From Clostridia bacterium (GTDB lineage: Bacteria > Bacillota > Clostridia > RGIG6154): a DNA stretch of 64,000 bases. Under the pieces are notes generated by a model. That model saw nothing but the letters and a program-made list of their open reading frames with translations. It was not told where the DNA came from and searched no databases. Made by a program: the position numbers and the translations under genes. The stretch is taken from the NCBI GenBank assembly GCA_045589295.1, contig JAZNOU010000002.1, positions 96,140-160,139 of the forward strand. The letters are read 5' to 3'. The stretch's first letter is position 1; each line of letters starts with the position of its first letter. Shown piece by piece: positions 9,066 to 19,986 of the stretch.

Positions 9066-10146
9066 AAATATAGTCTTTTCGTTTTAATACACTTAAAGCA
9101 ATGCCTATTGAGATGAATGTTGTAAGTATGGAAGAACCACCATAGCTGAAAAAAGGAAGAGGTATTCCTGTTACAGGCATTATTCCAATACACATTCCAA
9201 TGTTTTCAAAACTCTGGAAAATAAGCATTGCGGAAATTCCTGCTAAAATGTATGACCCTGAGCTTTTTTTTACCTCAGCGGCATTTTTGATAAGAATAAA
9301 AATGATAGTGCAAAGCAATGCTATTATTAAAATTGAACCTAAAAAGCCAAGTTCTTCTCCCGCTACTGCAAATATAAAGTCTGTATGTTTTCCGGGTAGA
9401 AAATCCATCTGGATTTGGGTGCCTTGAAAAATACCTTTGCCAAAAAGTTTGCCGGCTCCTACTGCGAGTTTTGATTGAATAACATTGTAGCCTGCCCCTG
9501 CAGGACTTAATTCCGGATTTAGAAAAACTAAAATTCTGTTTTTTTGAAATTCATCTAAAAACATCCATATAAATGGTGTTGACGCTAAAAATATTGTGCC
9601 GGCAGCCACAAAATAACGAATTTTAAGACCTGCAAAAAACAACATAACGATTGTGATGAATATAAACACCATAGCAGTTCCGTAGTCAGGCTGAAGCAAA
9701 ATAAGCGCAAGTGGAACTAAAATATGCAAAAGCAAAAGTGATATACTTTTAAAACTGTTAATGTTTTTTGTGCTGCCAAGATGCGCTGAAAAGGTAAGAA
9801 TAAAGCCTATTTTTGCAAATTCCGATGGTTGAATATTGACAGGGCCTAAAGCAATCCAACCGTTCGTGCCCGTTTGCTCTCTTCCCGTTCCGATAAAAAG
9901 AACTAAAATTAAAAGCACTGTGTATGCTATAAATATTATTTTATTAAGCTCAAGTAAAATTTCAAAATCCAGTGCCTTTAAAACAAGCATAATCGCAATT
10001 CCAAGAACTATCCCGATAGCCTGAACTACGACGTTTGATATGCTTCCGCTTGAATGAGTGGCGCTTGCTATTAAAACAAGCCCGTAGATGGCAGAAATAA
10101 TACTAAGAGCTGTTAACACAGAAATGTGTTTGTTCTTTTTCTGCAT
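9064..10146 (-). CDS. rodA: SEDS peptidoglycan polymerase RodA (FtsW/RodA/SpoVE)
   Basis: IQPSEFAK, LQPDYGT, GYNVIQS, HTDFIF, GIPLPFFSYGGSS. Confidence 0.9.
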   Translation of the reverse strand: MQKKNKHISVLTALSIISAIYGLVLIASATHSSGSISNVVVQAIGIVLGIAIMLVLKALDFEILLELNKIIFIAYTVLLILVLFIGTGREQTGTNGWIALGPVNIQPSEFAKIGFILTFSAHLGSTKNINSFKSISLLLLHILVPLALILLQPDYGTAMVFIFITIVMLFFAGLKIRYFVAAGTIFLASTPFIWMFLDEFQKNRILVFLNPELSPAGAGYNVIQSKLAVGAGKLFGKGIFQGTQIQMDFLPGKHTDFIFAVAGEELGFLGSILIIALLCTIIFILIKNAAEVKKSSGSYILAGISAMLIFQSFENIGMCIGIMPVTGIPLPFFSYGGSSILTTFISIGIALSVLKRKDYI

Positions 10147-10299
10147 AAAAAACTCCTGTAAATTTATTTGTAGCTTAATTATAATTTATTTAAAGGTAAA
10201 AGTAAAGAGTTTTTTTGCCAAAAATGTGGACAAATATTCTTAAATATGGTAAAATAAAGATTATTATAATTATGTAAATGTTAAGGGAGATGAACAGTA

Positions 10300-11955
10300 A
10301 TGGATTACGAAAAATTAGCGGAACTTGTTTTGCCCGAAATTGATAAAAACATACAAGATTATGAGTTGATATATCCCAAAAGACAACTTCCAGAAGGTGC
10401 ACAGGTTACAAGGTTTGCACCTTCACCTACAGGATTTTTGCATATAGGCGGTCTTTTTTCTGCACTCATATCTGAAAGAACTGCTCATCAAAGCGGCGGA
10501 AAATTTATTTTAAGAATTGAGGATACTGACAAAAAACGCGAGGTTGAAAATGGCGTTGAAAAAATTTTGGAAGGTCTTAAAGAATTTGGCGTTAATGTTG
10601 ACGAGGGTGTTATAGGAGAAGATAAGGAAACAGGAGATTATGGCCCTTATACTCAGAGCAAACGCGGTGCTATTTACGGAGCATTTGCAAAAGAACTTGT
10701 AAAAAAAGGTTTGGCATATCCGTGCTTTTGCACAGAAGAAGAAATTGCCGGCATAAGACAGTTACAAGAACAACAAAAGCTTCTTCCTGGTTACTATGGC
10801 GAATTTGCAAAGTGCAGAGAGCTTACTTTAGAACAAGTTGAAGAAAACATCAAAAAAGGAATGCCTTTTGTTTTAAGATTAAAATCACCCGGAAATGCCG
10901 AAAGAAAAGTTTCTTTTAAAGACGGTATAAGAGGCAAGATTGAAATGCCTGAAAATATTGTGGATGTTGTAATTTTAAAATCGGATAAAATCCCCACATA
11001 CCACTTTGCACACGCGGTTGATGACTATCTTATGGGTACAACTTATGTTATCAGAGGCGATGAATGGATTTCGTCCGTTCCAATACATCTGCAGCTTTTC
11101 TACTGTCTTGGTATCAAGCCTCCTAAATATGCACATATTGCGCCCATTATGAAAGAAGATGGTGGCGGAAAAAGAAAAATTTCAAAACGTAAAGACCCCG
11201 AAGCTGCAGTTTCTTTTTACACAGAAGAGGGTTTTCCGGTTGACGGAGTTATGGAATATCTTTTGAATTTGGCAAACTACACGTTTGAAGATTTTAAACG
11301 CGCTAATAAAAAGGCTCACTGGACAGAGTTTAAGCTTGAAATGAATAAAATGAGCAACTCAGGCGGGCTTTTTGATATGGTAAAGCTTACCGATATATGC
11401 AAAAACATTATTGCATCAATGACGGCTGAGGAAGTTTATGAAAAAGCGGCTGCTTGGGCAAAGGTGTTTGACAAAGAACTTTATGAGCTTTTGTCACGGG
11501 ATAAAGAATTCAGCACAAAAATGTTCGGGTTTGACAGAAATCCCGACAAACCAAGAAAAGATATTGCAAAGTGGTCTGATGTAAGAGAAAGCTTTTCATT
11601 TATGTTTGATGAAACTTTTGATGGTAAATACGCTGAAGTTGAAAATGTATCAAAGGAAGATGCGAAAAAAATCCTTGACCTGTATAAAGTTATGTATGAC
11701 GAAACTGCAGATAACACAGCGTGGTTTGAAACTATGAAGGATTTGGCTGAAAAAGTTGGATTTGCAAGAGAAGTTAAAGAATATAAAGCAAATCCGGATG
11801 CTTTTCCGGGGCATGTTGGTGATGTGAGTAATATAATAAGAGTTGCAGTTACAGGCAGAACAAAATCACCTGATCTTTGCTCTATTATGAAACTTTTAGG
11901 GAAAGAAAAAGTTGTAGCAAGAATTGACAGAGCAATTGCTGCTCTAGGACTATAA
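10300..11955 (+). CDS. gltX: Glutamate--tRNA ligase
   Basis: [33 protein letters not shown]. Confidence 0.96.
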   Translation: MDYEKLAELVLPEIDKNIQDYELIYPKRQLPEGAQVTRFAPSPTGFLHIGGLFSALISERTAHQSGGKFILRIEDTDKKREVENGVEKILEGLKEFGVNVDEGVIGEDKETGDYGPYTQSKRGAIYGAFAKELVKKGLAYPCFCTEEEIAGIRQLQEQQKLLPGYYGEFAKCRELTLEQVEENIKKGMPFVLRLKSPGNAERKVSFKDGIRGKIEMPENIVDVVILKSDKIPTYHFAHAVDDYLMGTTYVIRGDEWISSVPIHLQLFYCLGIKPPKYAHIAPIMKEDGGGKRKISKRKDPEAAVSFYTEEGFPVDGVMEYLLNLANYTFEDFKRANKKAHWTEFKLEMNKMSNSGGLFDMVKLTDICKNIIASMTAEEVYEKAAAWAKVFDKELYELLSRDKEFSTKMFGFDRNPDKPRKDIAKWSDVRESFSFMFDETFDGKYAEVENVSKEDAKKILDLYKVMYDETADNTAWFETMKDLAEKVGFAREVKEYKANPDAFPGHVGDVSNIIRVAVTGRTKSPDLCSIMKLLGKEKVVARIDRAIAALGL

Positions 11956-11974
11956 AAGTCAAAGGAGAAGAACA

Positions 11975-13630
11975 ATGGAAGAATATATTTCATCTAATTT
12001 TATTCATGATGCAATAGATAAAGATTTGGAAGATGGCGTTTACAATTCTGTTCAGACAAGATTCCCACCAGAGCCTAACGGATATTTGCACATAGGTCAT
12101 GTTAAAGCGATTAATATTGATTTTTCTACTGCTAAAAAGTACAATGGGAAATGCAATTTAAGACTTGACGATACAAACCCGACTAAAGAAGATACCGAGT
12201 ATGTGGATGCTATAATGGAGGACATCAAGTGGCTTGGATTTGAATGGGAAAATGTATATTACGCATCGGATTATTTCCCGATTATCTATGACTGTGCGAT
12301 AAAACTTATCAAGAAAGGCAAGGCTTTTGTTTGTGACCTTACCCCAGATGAAATGAGAGAGTACAGAGGAACACTTAAAGAACCAGGTAAAGAGAGTCCG
12401 TACAGAAACAGAAGTGTGGAAGAAAACCTTGATTTGTTTGAAAGAATGACAAAAGGTGAGTTTGAAACAGGTTCAAAGGTTCTTCGTGCAAAAATTGATA
12501 TGGCATCAGGTAATCTTAATATGCGAGATCCTATCATTTACAGAGTTTTAAAGGCTACTCATCACAGAACAGGAGATAAATGGTGTGTTTATCCTATGTA
12601 TGACTTTGCACATCCTATTTCAGATGCTGCAGAAGGTGTTACACATTCACTTTGTTCACTTGAGTTTGAAGACCACAGACCGCTTTATGATTGGGTTTTA
12701 AAAGAATGTGATTTTGAAGTTCCGTCAAGACAAATTGAGTTTGCAAGACTTAATTTGACAAACACTTTAACAAGCAAAAGAAAGTGTAAAAAACTTGTTG
12801 ATGACGGTATTGTTGATGGTTGGGACGATCCGAGGATGTCAACCATTTCTGCCATGAGAAGAAGAGGATACCCTGCAGATGCTATGATTGATTTTGCTAA
12901 TCGTATTGGTGTGGCAAAGGCATTCAGCGTTGTTGATTATGCACTTTTAGAGCATTGTGTAAGAGAAAATCTTAACTTAAATGCACCTCGTGCTATGGCT
13001 GTTTTGGATCCCCTTAAAGTAACAATTGAAAACTATCCCGAAAATGTAAGTGAAGATATAGAAGTTGACATCAATCCAAATGACGAAACCGCAGGCAAAA
13101 AAACAGTTACATTCTCAAGAAATATATTTATTGAAAAAGATGACTTTATGGAAGTTCCTGTTAAAGGCTACAAGAGACTTACACCTGACAATGAGGTAAG
13201 ACTTAAAGGCGCGTACTTTGTAAGGGTTAAAGATATTATAAAAAATGAAAACGGCGAAGTGGTTGAGCTTATATGCACATACGACCCTGAGTCTAAGGGC
13301 GGAAATTCACCAGACGGAAGAAAAGTTAAAGGGACAATCCAATGGGTTGATGCTAACAATTGTTTAACTGCTCAGGTTAATATGTATGACAAATTATTTA
13401 TGACTTCAAATCCGGGTGATTTAGAGGATTATCTTGACAATTTAAATCCTGACTCACTTAAAGTTTTAACAAATTGCAAAATTGACAAGGATTTGGAAAA
13501 TGCAAAACCTGGTGACAGCTTCCAGTTTATGAGAAATGGATACTTTACAGTAGATAAAAACTCCGGCGAAGATAAAATAATATTCAACTTGACTGTTACA
13601 CTTAAAGATTCATATAAGCCTACAGTATAA
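11975..13630 (+). CDS. glnS: Glutamine--tRNA ligase
   Basis: [43 protein letters not shown]. Confidence 0.97.
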   Translation: MEEYISSNFIHDAIDKDLEDGVYNSVQTRFPPEPNGYLHIGHVKAINIDFSTAKKYNGKCNLRLDDTNPTKEDTEYVDAIMEDIKWLGFEWENVYYASDYFPIIYDCAIKLIKKGKAFVCDLTPDEMREYRGTLKEPGKESPYRNRSVEENLDLFERMTKGEFETGSKVLRAKIDMASGNLNMRDPIIYRVLKATHHRTGDKWCVYPMYDFAHPISDAAEGVTHSLCSLEFEDHRPLYDWVLKECDFEVPSRQIEFARLNLTNTLTSKRKCKKLVDDGIVDGWDDPRMSTISAMRRRGYPADAMIDFANRIGVAKAFSVVDYALLEHCVRENLNLNAPRAMAVLDPLKVTIENYPENVSEDIEVDINPNDETAGKKTVTFSRNIFIEKDDFMEVPVKGYKRLTPDNEVRLKGAYFVRVKDIIKNENGEVVELICTYDPESKGGNSPDGRKVKGTIQWVDANNCLTAQVNMYDKLFMTSNPGDLEDYLDNLNPDSLKVLTNCKIDKDLENAKPGDSFQFMRNGYFTVDKNSGEDKIIFNLTVTLKDSYKPTV

Positions 13631-13652
13631 GTTGTTGAAAGGATATGATAAA

Positions 13653-15587
13653 ATGGGAGAAAAATTTTATATAACCACTGCTATTGCGTATACTTCCCGC
13701 AAGCCCCACATTGGGAATACTTACGAAATTGTTTTAACTGATGCTATTGCGAGATTTAAGAAACAGCAAGGTTTTGATGTGTTTTTCTTAACAGGAACAG
13801 ACGAGCACGGCATTAAAATTCAAGAAATAGCAGAAAATGCAGGTATTTCGCCAAAAGAATATGTTGATGGTGTTGCAGGTGAAATTAAAGCTATATGGGA
13901 TTTAATGAATACAAGTTATGATAAATTTATCAGAACAACTGATGATTACCATGTAAAACAGGTGCAGAAAATTTTTAAAAAATTCTACGACCAGGGCGAT
14001 ATTTATAAAGGTGAATATGAAGGAATGTACTGTGTACCTTGCGAAACTTTCTACACAGAAAGCCAGCTTGTAGACGGCAAATGCCCTGACTGCGGAAGAG
14101 AAGTAAAACCTGCAAAAGAAGAGGCGTATTTCTTTAAAATGAGCAAATATCAGGATGCTTTAATGAAACACATCGAAGAAAATCCTGATTTTATTCAGCC
14201 TGAATCAAGAAAAAAAGAAATGGTAAACAATTTCTTAAAACCAGGTCTTCAGGATCTTTGTGTTTCAAGAACATCATTTACATGGGGTGTTCCTGTTGAA
14301 TTTGATGAGGGACACGTTATTTACGTGTGGATTGACGCTCTTTCAAACTACATTACAGCTTTGGGTTACGATACAGAAAATCCGTCAGAACTTTACAATA
14401 AGTACTGGCCTGCAGATGTTCACGTTATCGGCAAAGACATTTTAAGATTCCACACAATTTACTGGCCGATTATGCTTATGGCACTTGGCCAGCCTCTCCC
14501 TAAAAAAGTTTTCGGTCATCCGTGGCTTTTGTTCGGAAACGATAAAATGAGCAAATCAAAAGGCAATGTTATTTATGCTGACGATTTGGTAGAACTTTTT
14601 GGAGTTGATGCAGTAAGATTTTATCTATTGTCTGAAATGCCGTACGGTAATGACGGAAGTATAACTTACGAAAACATTATAGCAAGATATAACTCAGAGC
14701 TTGCAAACGTTTTGGGCAACCTTGTAAATCGTACTGTTGCTATGACACATAAGTATTTTGGAGGTATTGTTCAGGCACCTTCAAAAGCAGAAGAAATCGA
14801 CAACGAACTTATTGCTCAGGCGAAAGAAACGGTGAAAAATACAATCGCTAAAATGGAAGAATATAAAACAAGCGATGCAATTGCAGAAATCTGGAACCTC
14901 TTAAAAAGAAGTAACAAGTATATTGATGAAACAACTCCGTGGGCACTTGCAAAAGACGAAAGCAATAAAGAAAGACTTGGAACAGTACTCTATAACTTGA
15001 TTGAAGCGATAAGAATTGCGGCGGTTTTACTCACTCCGTTTATGCCTGAGACAGCAGAAAAAATTGCAAAGCAAATTAATGCGGATAATCTTTCTTTTGA
15101 AAGCATTAAAGAGTTTGGCGGGTATAAAGCAGGTACACAGACAAATGAAGCAACTCCGCTTTTTGCAAGACTTGACGAAGCTAAAACTTTGGAAGAAATC
15201 GAAAAGTTTTTAGAAAAATATAATGAGCCTGAAGAAAAATTTGAGCCTTTTAAAGAAGAAATCGAATTTGAAGATTTTGAAAAATGTGATTTAAGAGTAG
15301 CTCGCGTTTTAGAGTGTGAAGAAGTTCCTAAAGCAAATAAGCTTTTGAAATTCAAACTTAAAGTCGGCAACGAAGAAAGAGTTATACTTTCGGGAATTAA
15401 AAAATACTACAAACCAGAAGATTTGGTTGGCAAAAATGTTTTGATTATTGCAAACCTTAAGCCAAGAAAGATTATGGGTATTGAATCTAAGGGTATGATA
15501 CTTTCAGCAGTTGATGATAATGAAGACATTCTTTCAGTTACAACAACCTTAGATGGTAGTTTTAAAGCAGGATCAATTGTTTGCTAA
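13653..15587 (+). CDS. metG: Methionine--tRNA ligase with C-terminal tRNA-binding OB domain
   Basis: PHIGN, GTDEHG, Zn knuckle, IGKDILRFH, KMSKS, ANLKPRKIMG. Confidence 0.97.
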   Translation: MGEKFYITTAIAYTSRKPHIGNTYEIVLTDAIARFKKQQGFDVFFLTGTDEHGIKIQEIAENAGISPKEYVDGVAGEIKAIWDLMNTSYDKFIRTTDDYHVKQVQKIFKKFYDQGDIYKGEYEGMYCVPCETFYTESQLVDGKCPDCGREVKPAKEEAYFFKMSKYQDALMKHIEENPDFIQPESRKKEMVNNFLKPGLQDLCVSRTSFTWGVPVEFDEGHVIYVWIDALSNYITALGYDTENPSELYNKYWPADVHVIGKDILRFHTIYWPIMLMALGQPLPKKVFGHPWLLFGNDKMSKSKGNVIYADDLVELFGVDAVRFYLLSEMPYGNDGSITYENIIARYNSELANVLGNLVNRTVAMTHKYFGGIVQAPSKAEEIDNELIAQAKETVKNTIAKMEEYKTSDAIAEIWNLLKRSNKYIDETTPWALAKDESNKERLGTVLYNLIEAIRIAAVLLTPFMPETAEKIAKQINADNLSFESIKEFGGYKAGTQTNEATPLFARLDEAKTLEEIEKFLEKYNEPEEKFEPFKEEIEFEDFEKCDLRVARVLECEEVPKANKLLKFKLKVGNEERVILSGIKKYYKPEDLVGKNVLIIANLKPRKIMGIESKGMILSAVDDNEDILSVTTTLDGSFKAGSIVC

Positions 15588-15592
15588 AAAGT

Positions 15593-15642
15593 GAATAAAC
15601 CTCCTTTTTTGGTTAATAATACTAAAAAAAGGAGGTTTTTTT
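15593..15642 (+). promoter_or_regulatory. Hairpin (metG terminator and RBS sequestrator) overlapping a SigG-like promoter
   Basis: AAACCTCCTTTTTT...AAAAAAGGAGGTTT then T-run; GAATA-N17-AATAATA. Confidence 0.65.
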
Positions 15643-16179
15643 ATGGAATTAAAAGGTTCAAAAACAGAAGCGAATTTAATGGCAGCTTTTGCGGGTGAAA
15701 CTCAGGCAAGGACAAAATATCATTATTACGCATCAAAAGCAAGGGAAGATGGCTATGAACATATTGCAAAGGTTTTTGAGGAAACTGCCGCAAATGAAAA
15801 AGCACACGCAAAAATATGGTTTAAGCTCCTTAAAGGCGGTATGCCCGGTACGCTTGATAATTTGAAAGACGGCGCATCAGGTGAAGATTATGAATGGTCT
15901 GAAATGTATAAAGAATTTGAAGAAGTTGCAAAAGATGAGGGGTTTGACAACATTGCAAGGCTTTTTAAAGAGGTTGGAGAAATTGAAAAAACTCATCTTG
16001 ACAGATATAATCAGCTTATAAAAGAAGTTGAAAATAATGAGGTGTTTCAAAAGCAGACTGAGGTTAAATGGCGCTGTGCAAACTGCGGATACATCCACCA
16101 GGGACAAGGTGCGCCTGATGTTTGTCCTGTGTGTGCTCACCCTAAAGCATATTTTGAGGTTAAGGCAGATAATTACTGA
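15643..16179 (+). CDS. rbr: Rubrerythrin
   Basis: LKGSKTEANLMAAFAGE, EKAHA, WRCANCGY...CPVCAHP. Confidence 0.96.
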   Translation: MELKGSKTEANLMAAFAGETQARTKYHYYASKAREDGYEHIAKVFEETAANEKAHAKIWFKLLKGGMPGTLDNLKDGASGEDYEWSEMYKEFEEVAKDEGFDNIARLFKEVGEIEKTHLDRYNQLIKEVENNEVFQKQTEVKWRCANCGYIHQGQGAPDVCPVCAHPKAYFEVKADNY

Positions 16180-16218
16180 TTTTCTGCGAATAAATTCCAA
16201 ATATAATACAATAAAAGG

Positions 16219-16247
16219 AAAAGCAGGTATTTTTACCTGCTTTTTTT
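16219..16247 (+). terminator. Intrinsic terminator
   Basis: AAAAGCAGGTA-tttt-TACCTGCTTTTTTT. Confidence 0.85.
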
Positions 16248-16279
16248 AGTAAAAAAATAAGAAAAAATAGCCTAAAAGG

Positions 16280-16308
16280 TTGAAATTTTTGCTCATATAG
16301 TATAAAAT
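16280..16308 (+). promoter_or_regulatory. SigA promoter of ddl operon
   Basis: TTGAAA-N17-TAAAAT. Confidence 0.6.
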
Positions 16309-16346
16309 ATAATAATAGACTATTAGTGATTATTTAAAAAAAGGAT

Positions 16347-17420
16347 ATGATAAATTTGACTGATGTTTTAGTTTTATTTGGTGGACAGTCAACTGAGCAC
16401 GAAGTATCTCTTTGCTCTGTTACAAATGTTTTAAATAAATTGAATCCCCAAAAGTATAATATTATAAAAGTCGGCATTACAAAAACAGGACAGTGGCTTT
16501 TATATGAAGGAGACAACAAAAATATCAAGGACGGAAGCTGGGAAAACAATAATGTAACTCCTGCGTTTTTAGTTCCTGATGCTTCAATGGGACTTGTTGT
16601 TTTAAGAAACGGAAGGGCTGAAATAAAAAATGTTGATGTTGTGTTCCCTGTTCTTCATGGTGCATGCGGTGAGGACGGAACCATTCAAGGTCTTTGTGCA
16701 CTTGCAAAAGTTCCTTGTGTAGGTCCTGATATGATTTCATCTGCCATTTGTATGGATAAAACATCAACCAAGATTATGCTTAAAGATTTAAATATTCCTC
16801 AGGCAGACTGGATTACAATTATAAGCAGTGAACTTTCAGACATTGGAAATGTTGTAAAAAGAATTGAAGAAAAGTTTGAATATCCTGTGTTTATAAAGCC
16901 TGCAAATGCAGGATCTTCGGTTGGCATAGGAAAATCACACAATAAAGAGGAGCTTATAGAGCACCTTGAAAATGCGGCAAAGGTTGACAGCAAGATATTG
17001 GTTGAAGAATTTATTGACGGCAGAGAAGTTGAATGTGCGGTTTTAGGAAACGACGACCCTGTTGCATCTGTTTTGGGTGAAATTATTCCTGATAAAGAGT
17101 TTTATGATTACGAGGCAAAATACCACTCAGACTCAAAGCTTATAATTCCTGCGCCTATCTCTGAAACAAAATCAAATCAGATAAGAGAGATTGCGAAAAA
17201 GGCGTTTACAAAAATCGGTCTTAAGGGAATGTCAAGAATTGATTTCTTTGTACATAAAATTACAGGCGATATTTACTTAAATGAGATTAACACAATCCCA
17301 GGATTTACAGACATCAGTATGTATCCTGTTCTTATGGAAAAAACGGGGATTGGCGGGGAAATGCTGGTTGATAAACTGATAGAACTTGCCATTGAAGAAT
17401 TTGCTGGTGAAAGATTATGA
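16347..17420 (+). CDS. ddl: D-alanine--D-alanine ligase
   Basis: FGGQSTEHEVS, FPVLHG, GEDG, KPANAGSSVG, FYDYEAKY, NEINTIPG. Confidence 0.96.
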   Translation: MINLTDVLVLFGGQSTEHEVSLCSVTNVLNKLNPQKYNIIKVGITKTGQWLLYEGDNKNIKDGSWENNNVTPAFLVPDASMGLVVLRNGRAEIKNVDVVFPVLHGACGEDGTIQGLCALAKVPCVGPDMISSAICMDKTSTKIMLKDLNIPQADWITIISSELSDIGNVVKRIEEKFEYPVFIKPANAGSSVGIGKSHNKEELIEHLENAAKVDSKILVEEFIDGREVECAVLGNDDPVASVLGEIIPDKEFYDYEAKYHSDSKLIIPAPISETKSNQIREIAKKAFTKIGLKGMSRIDFFVHKITGDIYLNEINTIPGFTDISMYPVLMEKTGIGGEMLVDKLIELAIEEFAGERL

Positions 17421-18226
17421 AAAACAAACCAATCGGAGTTTTCGACTCGGGACTTGGCGGACTTACCGCGGTTAAAGAAATAATGAATCTTATGCCTAAT
17501 GAGGACATAATTTATTTTGGTGACACAGCAAGAGTTCCTTATGGCTCAAGGTCGAGCGAAACTATAATTAAATATGCAAAGCAGGACATTAACTTTTTAA
17601 AATCGTTTGATATAAAAATAATTTTAGCTGCTTGCGGAACAGTTTCTTCTGTGGCGCTTCCTGAAATTCCCAATAAGGACGTTAAAGTTATCGGCGTTGT
17701 TGAGCCTGCAGCAGTTGCATCAGTAAAGGCTACTAAAAACAAAAAAATAGCCGTTTTGGGAACACAAGGAACTATAAACAGCAGGGCATACGAAAAAGCA
17801 ATAACAAAAATCATGCCGGAGGCTTTAATTACATCAGTTGCGTGCCCATTGTTTGTGCATTTAGTTGAAAATGGCTATCACGATAACGAGGCGACGTATT
17901 TGATTGCAAAAGATTATTTGAGTGAGGTTATAAAAAGCGGTGCAGATACTGTTATTTTAGGTTGTACTCACTATCCAATGCTCACACAAGTAATTGCAGA
18001 AATTTTAGGAAATAAAGTAAAGCTGATTAATGTGGGCGAAACTGCGGCGCAGTACCTCAGGGAAATCTTAGAGCAAGAGGGTAAGCTTTGCAGTGAAAAA
18101 AATCCTACGTATGAATTCTATGCATCAGATGCTAAAAGCGGATTTGACTACTTAGCAAAAATGTTTTTAAAAAGGGATTTAGGAATACTTAAAAGCGTGG
18201 ATATTGATAAAATCAAGGAGGACTAA
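17417..18226 (+). CDS. murI: Glutamate racemase
   Basis: IGVFDSGLGG, DTARVPYG, ACGT, LGCTHYP. Confidence 0.96.
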   Translation: MKNKPIGVFDSGLGGLTAVKEIMNLMPNEDIIYFGDTARVPYGSRSSETIIKYAKQDINFLKSFDIKIILAACGTVSSVALPEIPNKDVKVIGVVEPAAVASVKATKNKKIAVLGTQGTINSRAYEKAITKIMPEALITSVACPLFVHLVENGYHDNEATYLIAKDYLSEVIKSGADTVILGCTHYPMLTQVIAEILGNKVKLINVGETAAQYLREILEQEGKLCSEKNPTYEFYASDAKSGFDYLAKMFLKRDLGILKSVDIDKIKED

Positions 18227-18652
18227 ATGACAGTTAATGCCATTGCATCTATAAAAACCTGTCAGAAAACACCTGACGGAGAAAACTTTAATATAGAAAT
18301 GATGTGTGACGCGGAATATATTTACTCTTTTGATAAATGCACACTAAAATATAACGAGCCTGAGGGGTCGGAACTTGGCAAAACCCAAACACTTATTGAA
18401 ATAGAGGATGAAAGTATTACACTTACAAGAAGCGGTGAAAATAACTCAAGAATGTATTTCAAAAAAGGCGAAAAGTATATGAGTGTTTACGAAATGCCTT
18501 TTGGAATGTTTTCAATCAATATAAATTCTGAGTATGTTGAGATTTCAAAAAATGAAGAGGGGGCACATATTGAAATAGAATATGCCTTGGAACTTGAGGG
18601 TATAGTTTCATCAAAAAATAAATTAGAACTTGATATAAAGAGGAAAATATAA
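18227..18652 (+). CDS. DUF1934 family beta-barrel protein
   Basis: Size, LKYNE...ITLTRSG...MYF...YEMPFG pattern, context near murI/argS. Confidence 0.75.
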   Translation: MTVNAIASIKTCQKTPDGENFNIEMMCDAEYIYSFDKCTLKYNEPEGSELGKTQTLIEIEDESITLTRSGENNSRMYFKKGEKYMSVYEMPFGMFSININSEYVEISKNEEGAHIEIEYALELEGIVSSKNKLELDIKRKI

Positions 18653-19971
18653 TGAAGTCAGTTAAAAAAGCAGGACTTTTGTTGGTTTGCTTTGTGCTTG
18701 CTTTAAATGTAATCACGGTACAGGCAGCAGAGTTTACTGCAAACCAGAATGTGTATAACGAACTTATAAATATTACCTACGACGATATGGCGTATATGCC
18801 TGTAAACCATTGGTCAAGCACAGCAGTATATGTAACATCTGCGGCAGGGCTTATAAAAGGGTATGATGCTAACTTTAATCCGGGAGGAACAGTTACTAAA
18901 AGCGAAGCTTTAGCGGTGCTGTTCAGGTCGTCGGGACATGAGGGACTTGCAAATTCATATTACAGCAATATCCTAAAATCTAAAGAAAAGGAGCCTTATG
19001 AGTACAACAATGTAGACTCGTGGGCAGACGGATATATAAGACTCGCTGTTGACTTCGGAATTTTAACACCCGATGAGTACCTTTACTGTATGTCATCTAA
19101 GTATAATAACGATGGCGAGTTCCAAAAAAACAAACCTGCACTTAAGGCAGAACTTGCAAAGTGGATTGTTAAGGTATATAAATTGCCCGTCCAAAAAGGC
19201 GAGAGCAAAATTTCTGCGTTTTATGACTATAGCGAACTTAAAAGCGAGGACAAGCAGTACTTAGAAACTGCTGTATACTATGGAATTTTAAATGGTTCTG
19301 GTGACAGACTTGACCCGTACGTTACAATGACGCGCGAACAGATGGCACAGATTTTTTATAACATAAGAAATTTGTGGGCAGAAAAACTGGGATACGAAAT
19401 TTTGCAGGGTACGATTTCTGACGTAAATAAAACAACAACTCAATCAGAGGGCAAAATTACAAACGACATTGTTATTTCAACCGATGCAGGTAATTTAATC
19501 ACCCAAAGAGAGTATAAGTTAAATGGTGAAGCGGTAGACAATACCTATGACAGCGGGCTTTTGTATAAAGATTTTGTTGTAATAGCACAAGGTCATCTGC
19601 CAACCGACTCTACCATTTTAAAGAAGTCTGATGGGATAAGCATTTTTGTAAAAGACAGTGCCGTTAAGTTTATTTTAAAAAATAAATCGGGCGGAAATCT
19701 TGATTTTTCTTCTGAAGAATTTAAAGATGCTTCGGTACATAAGGGCAGACTTTATTTTTACGATGCAGATGAAATGACATTGGTTTTAAAAACGGAAAAA
19801 GGGTTTGAGGAAATCAACTGCAGCAATGCAACAGAGTTTTCATACAGAACAAATGTAGTCGACAAATCAAAAATTAATGAAATGTATAAAGACAGCGAAA
19901 TTTACGTATTTACCTGTGTTGAAATAGCAGGAAACAGAGAGTTTGCGTACAGAGTACAGATAACAGATTAA
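18652..19971 (+). CDS. Secreted S-layer homology (SLH) domain protein
   Basis: Signal peptide; HWS...GLIKGY...FNPGGTVTKSE, WADGYI, GILNG...MTREQMAQ. Confidence 0.8.
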   Translation: MKSVKKAGLLLVCFVLALNVITVQAAEFTANQNVYNELINITYDDMAYMPVNHWSSTAVYVTSAAGLIKGYDANFNPGGTVTKSEALAVLFRSSGHEGLANSYYSNILKSKEKEPYEYNNVDSWADGYIRLAVDFGILTPDEYLYCMSSKYNNDGEFQKNKPALKAELAKWIVKVYKLPVQKGESKISAFYDYSELKSEDKQYLETAVYYGILNGSGDRLDPYVTMTREQMAQIFYNIRNLWAEKLGYEILQGTISDVNKTTTQSEGKITNDIVISTDAGNLITQREYKLNGEAVDNTYDSGLLYKDFVVIAQGHLPTDSTILKKSDGISIFVKDSAVKFILKNKSGGNLDFSSEEFKDASVHKGRLYFYDADEMTLVLKTEKGFEEINCSNATEFSYRTNVVDKSKINEMYKDSEIYVFTCVEIAGNREFAYRVQITD

Positions 19972-19986
19972 CAAGGAGAGGATTTG

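Noticed and set aside
16347-17420. VanA/VanB-type resistance ligase
   Set aside because: FYDYEAKY omega loop and murI context indicate housekeeping D-Ala-D-Ala ligase; no van genes nearby.
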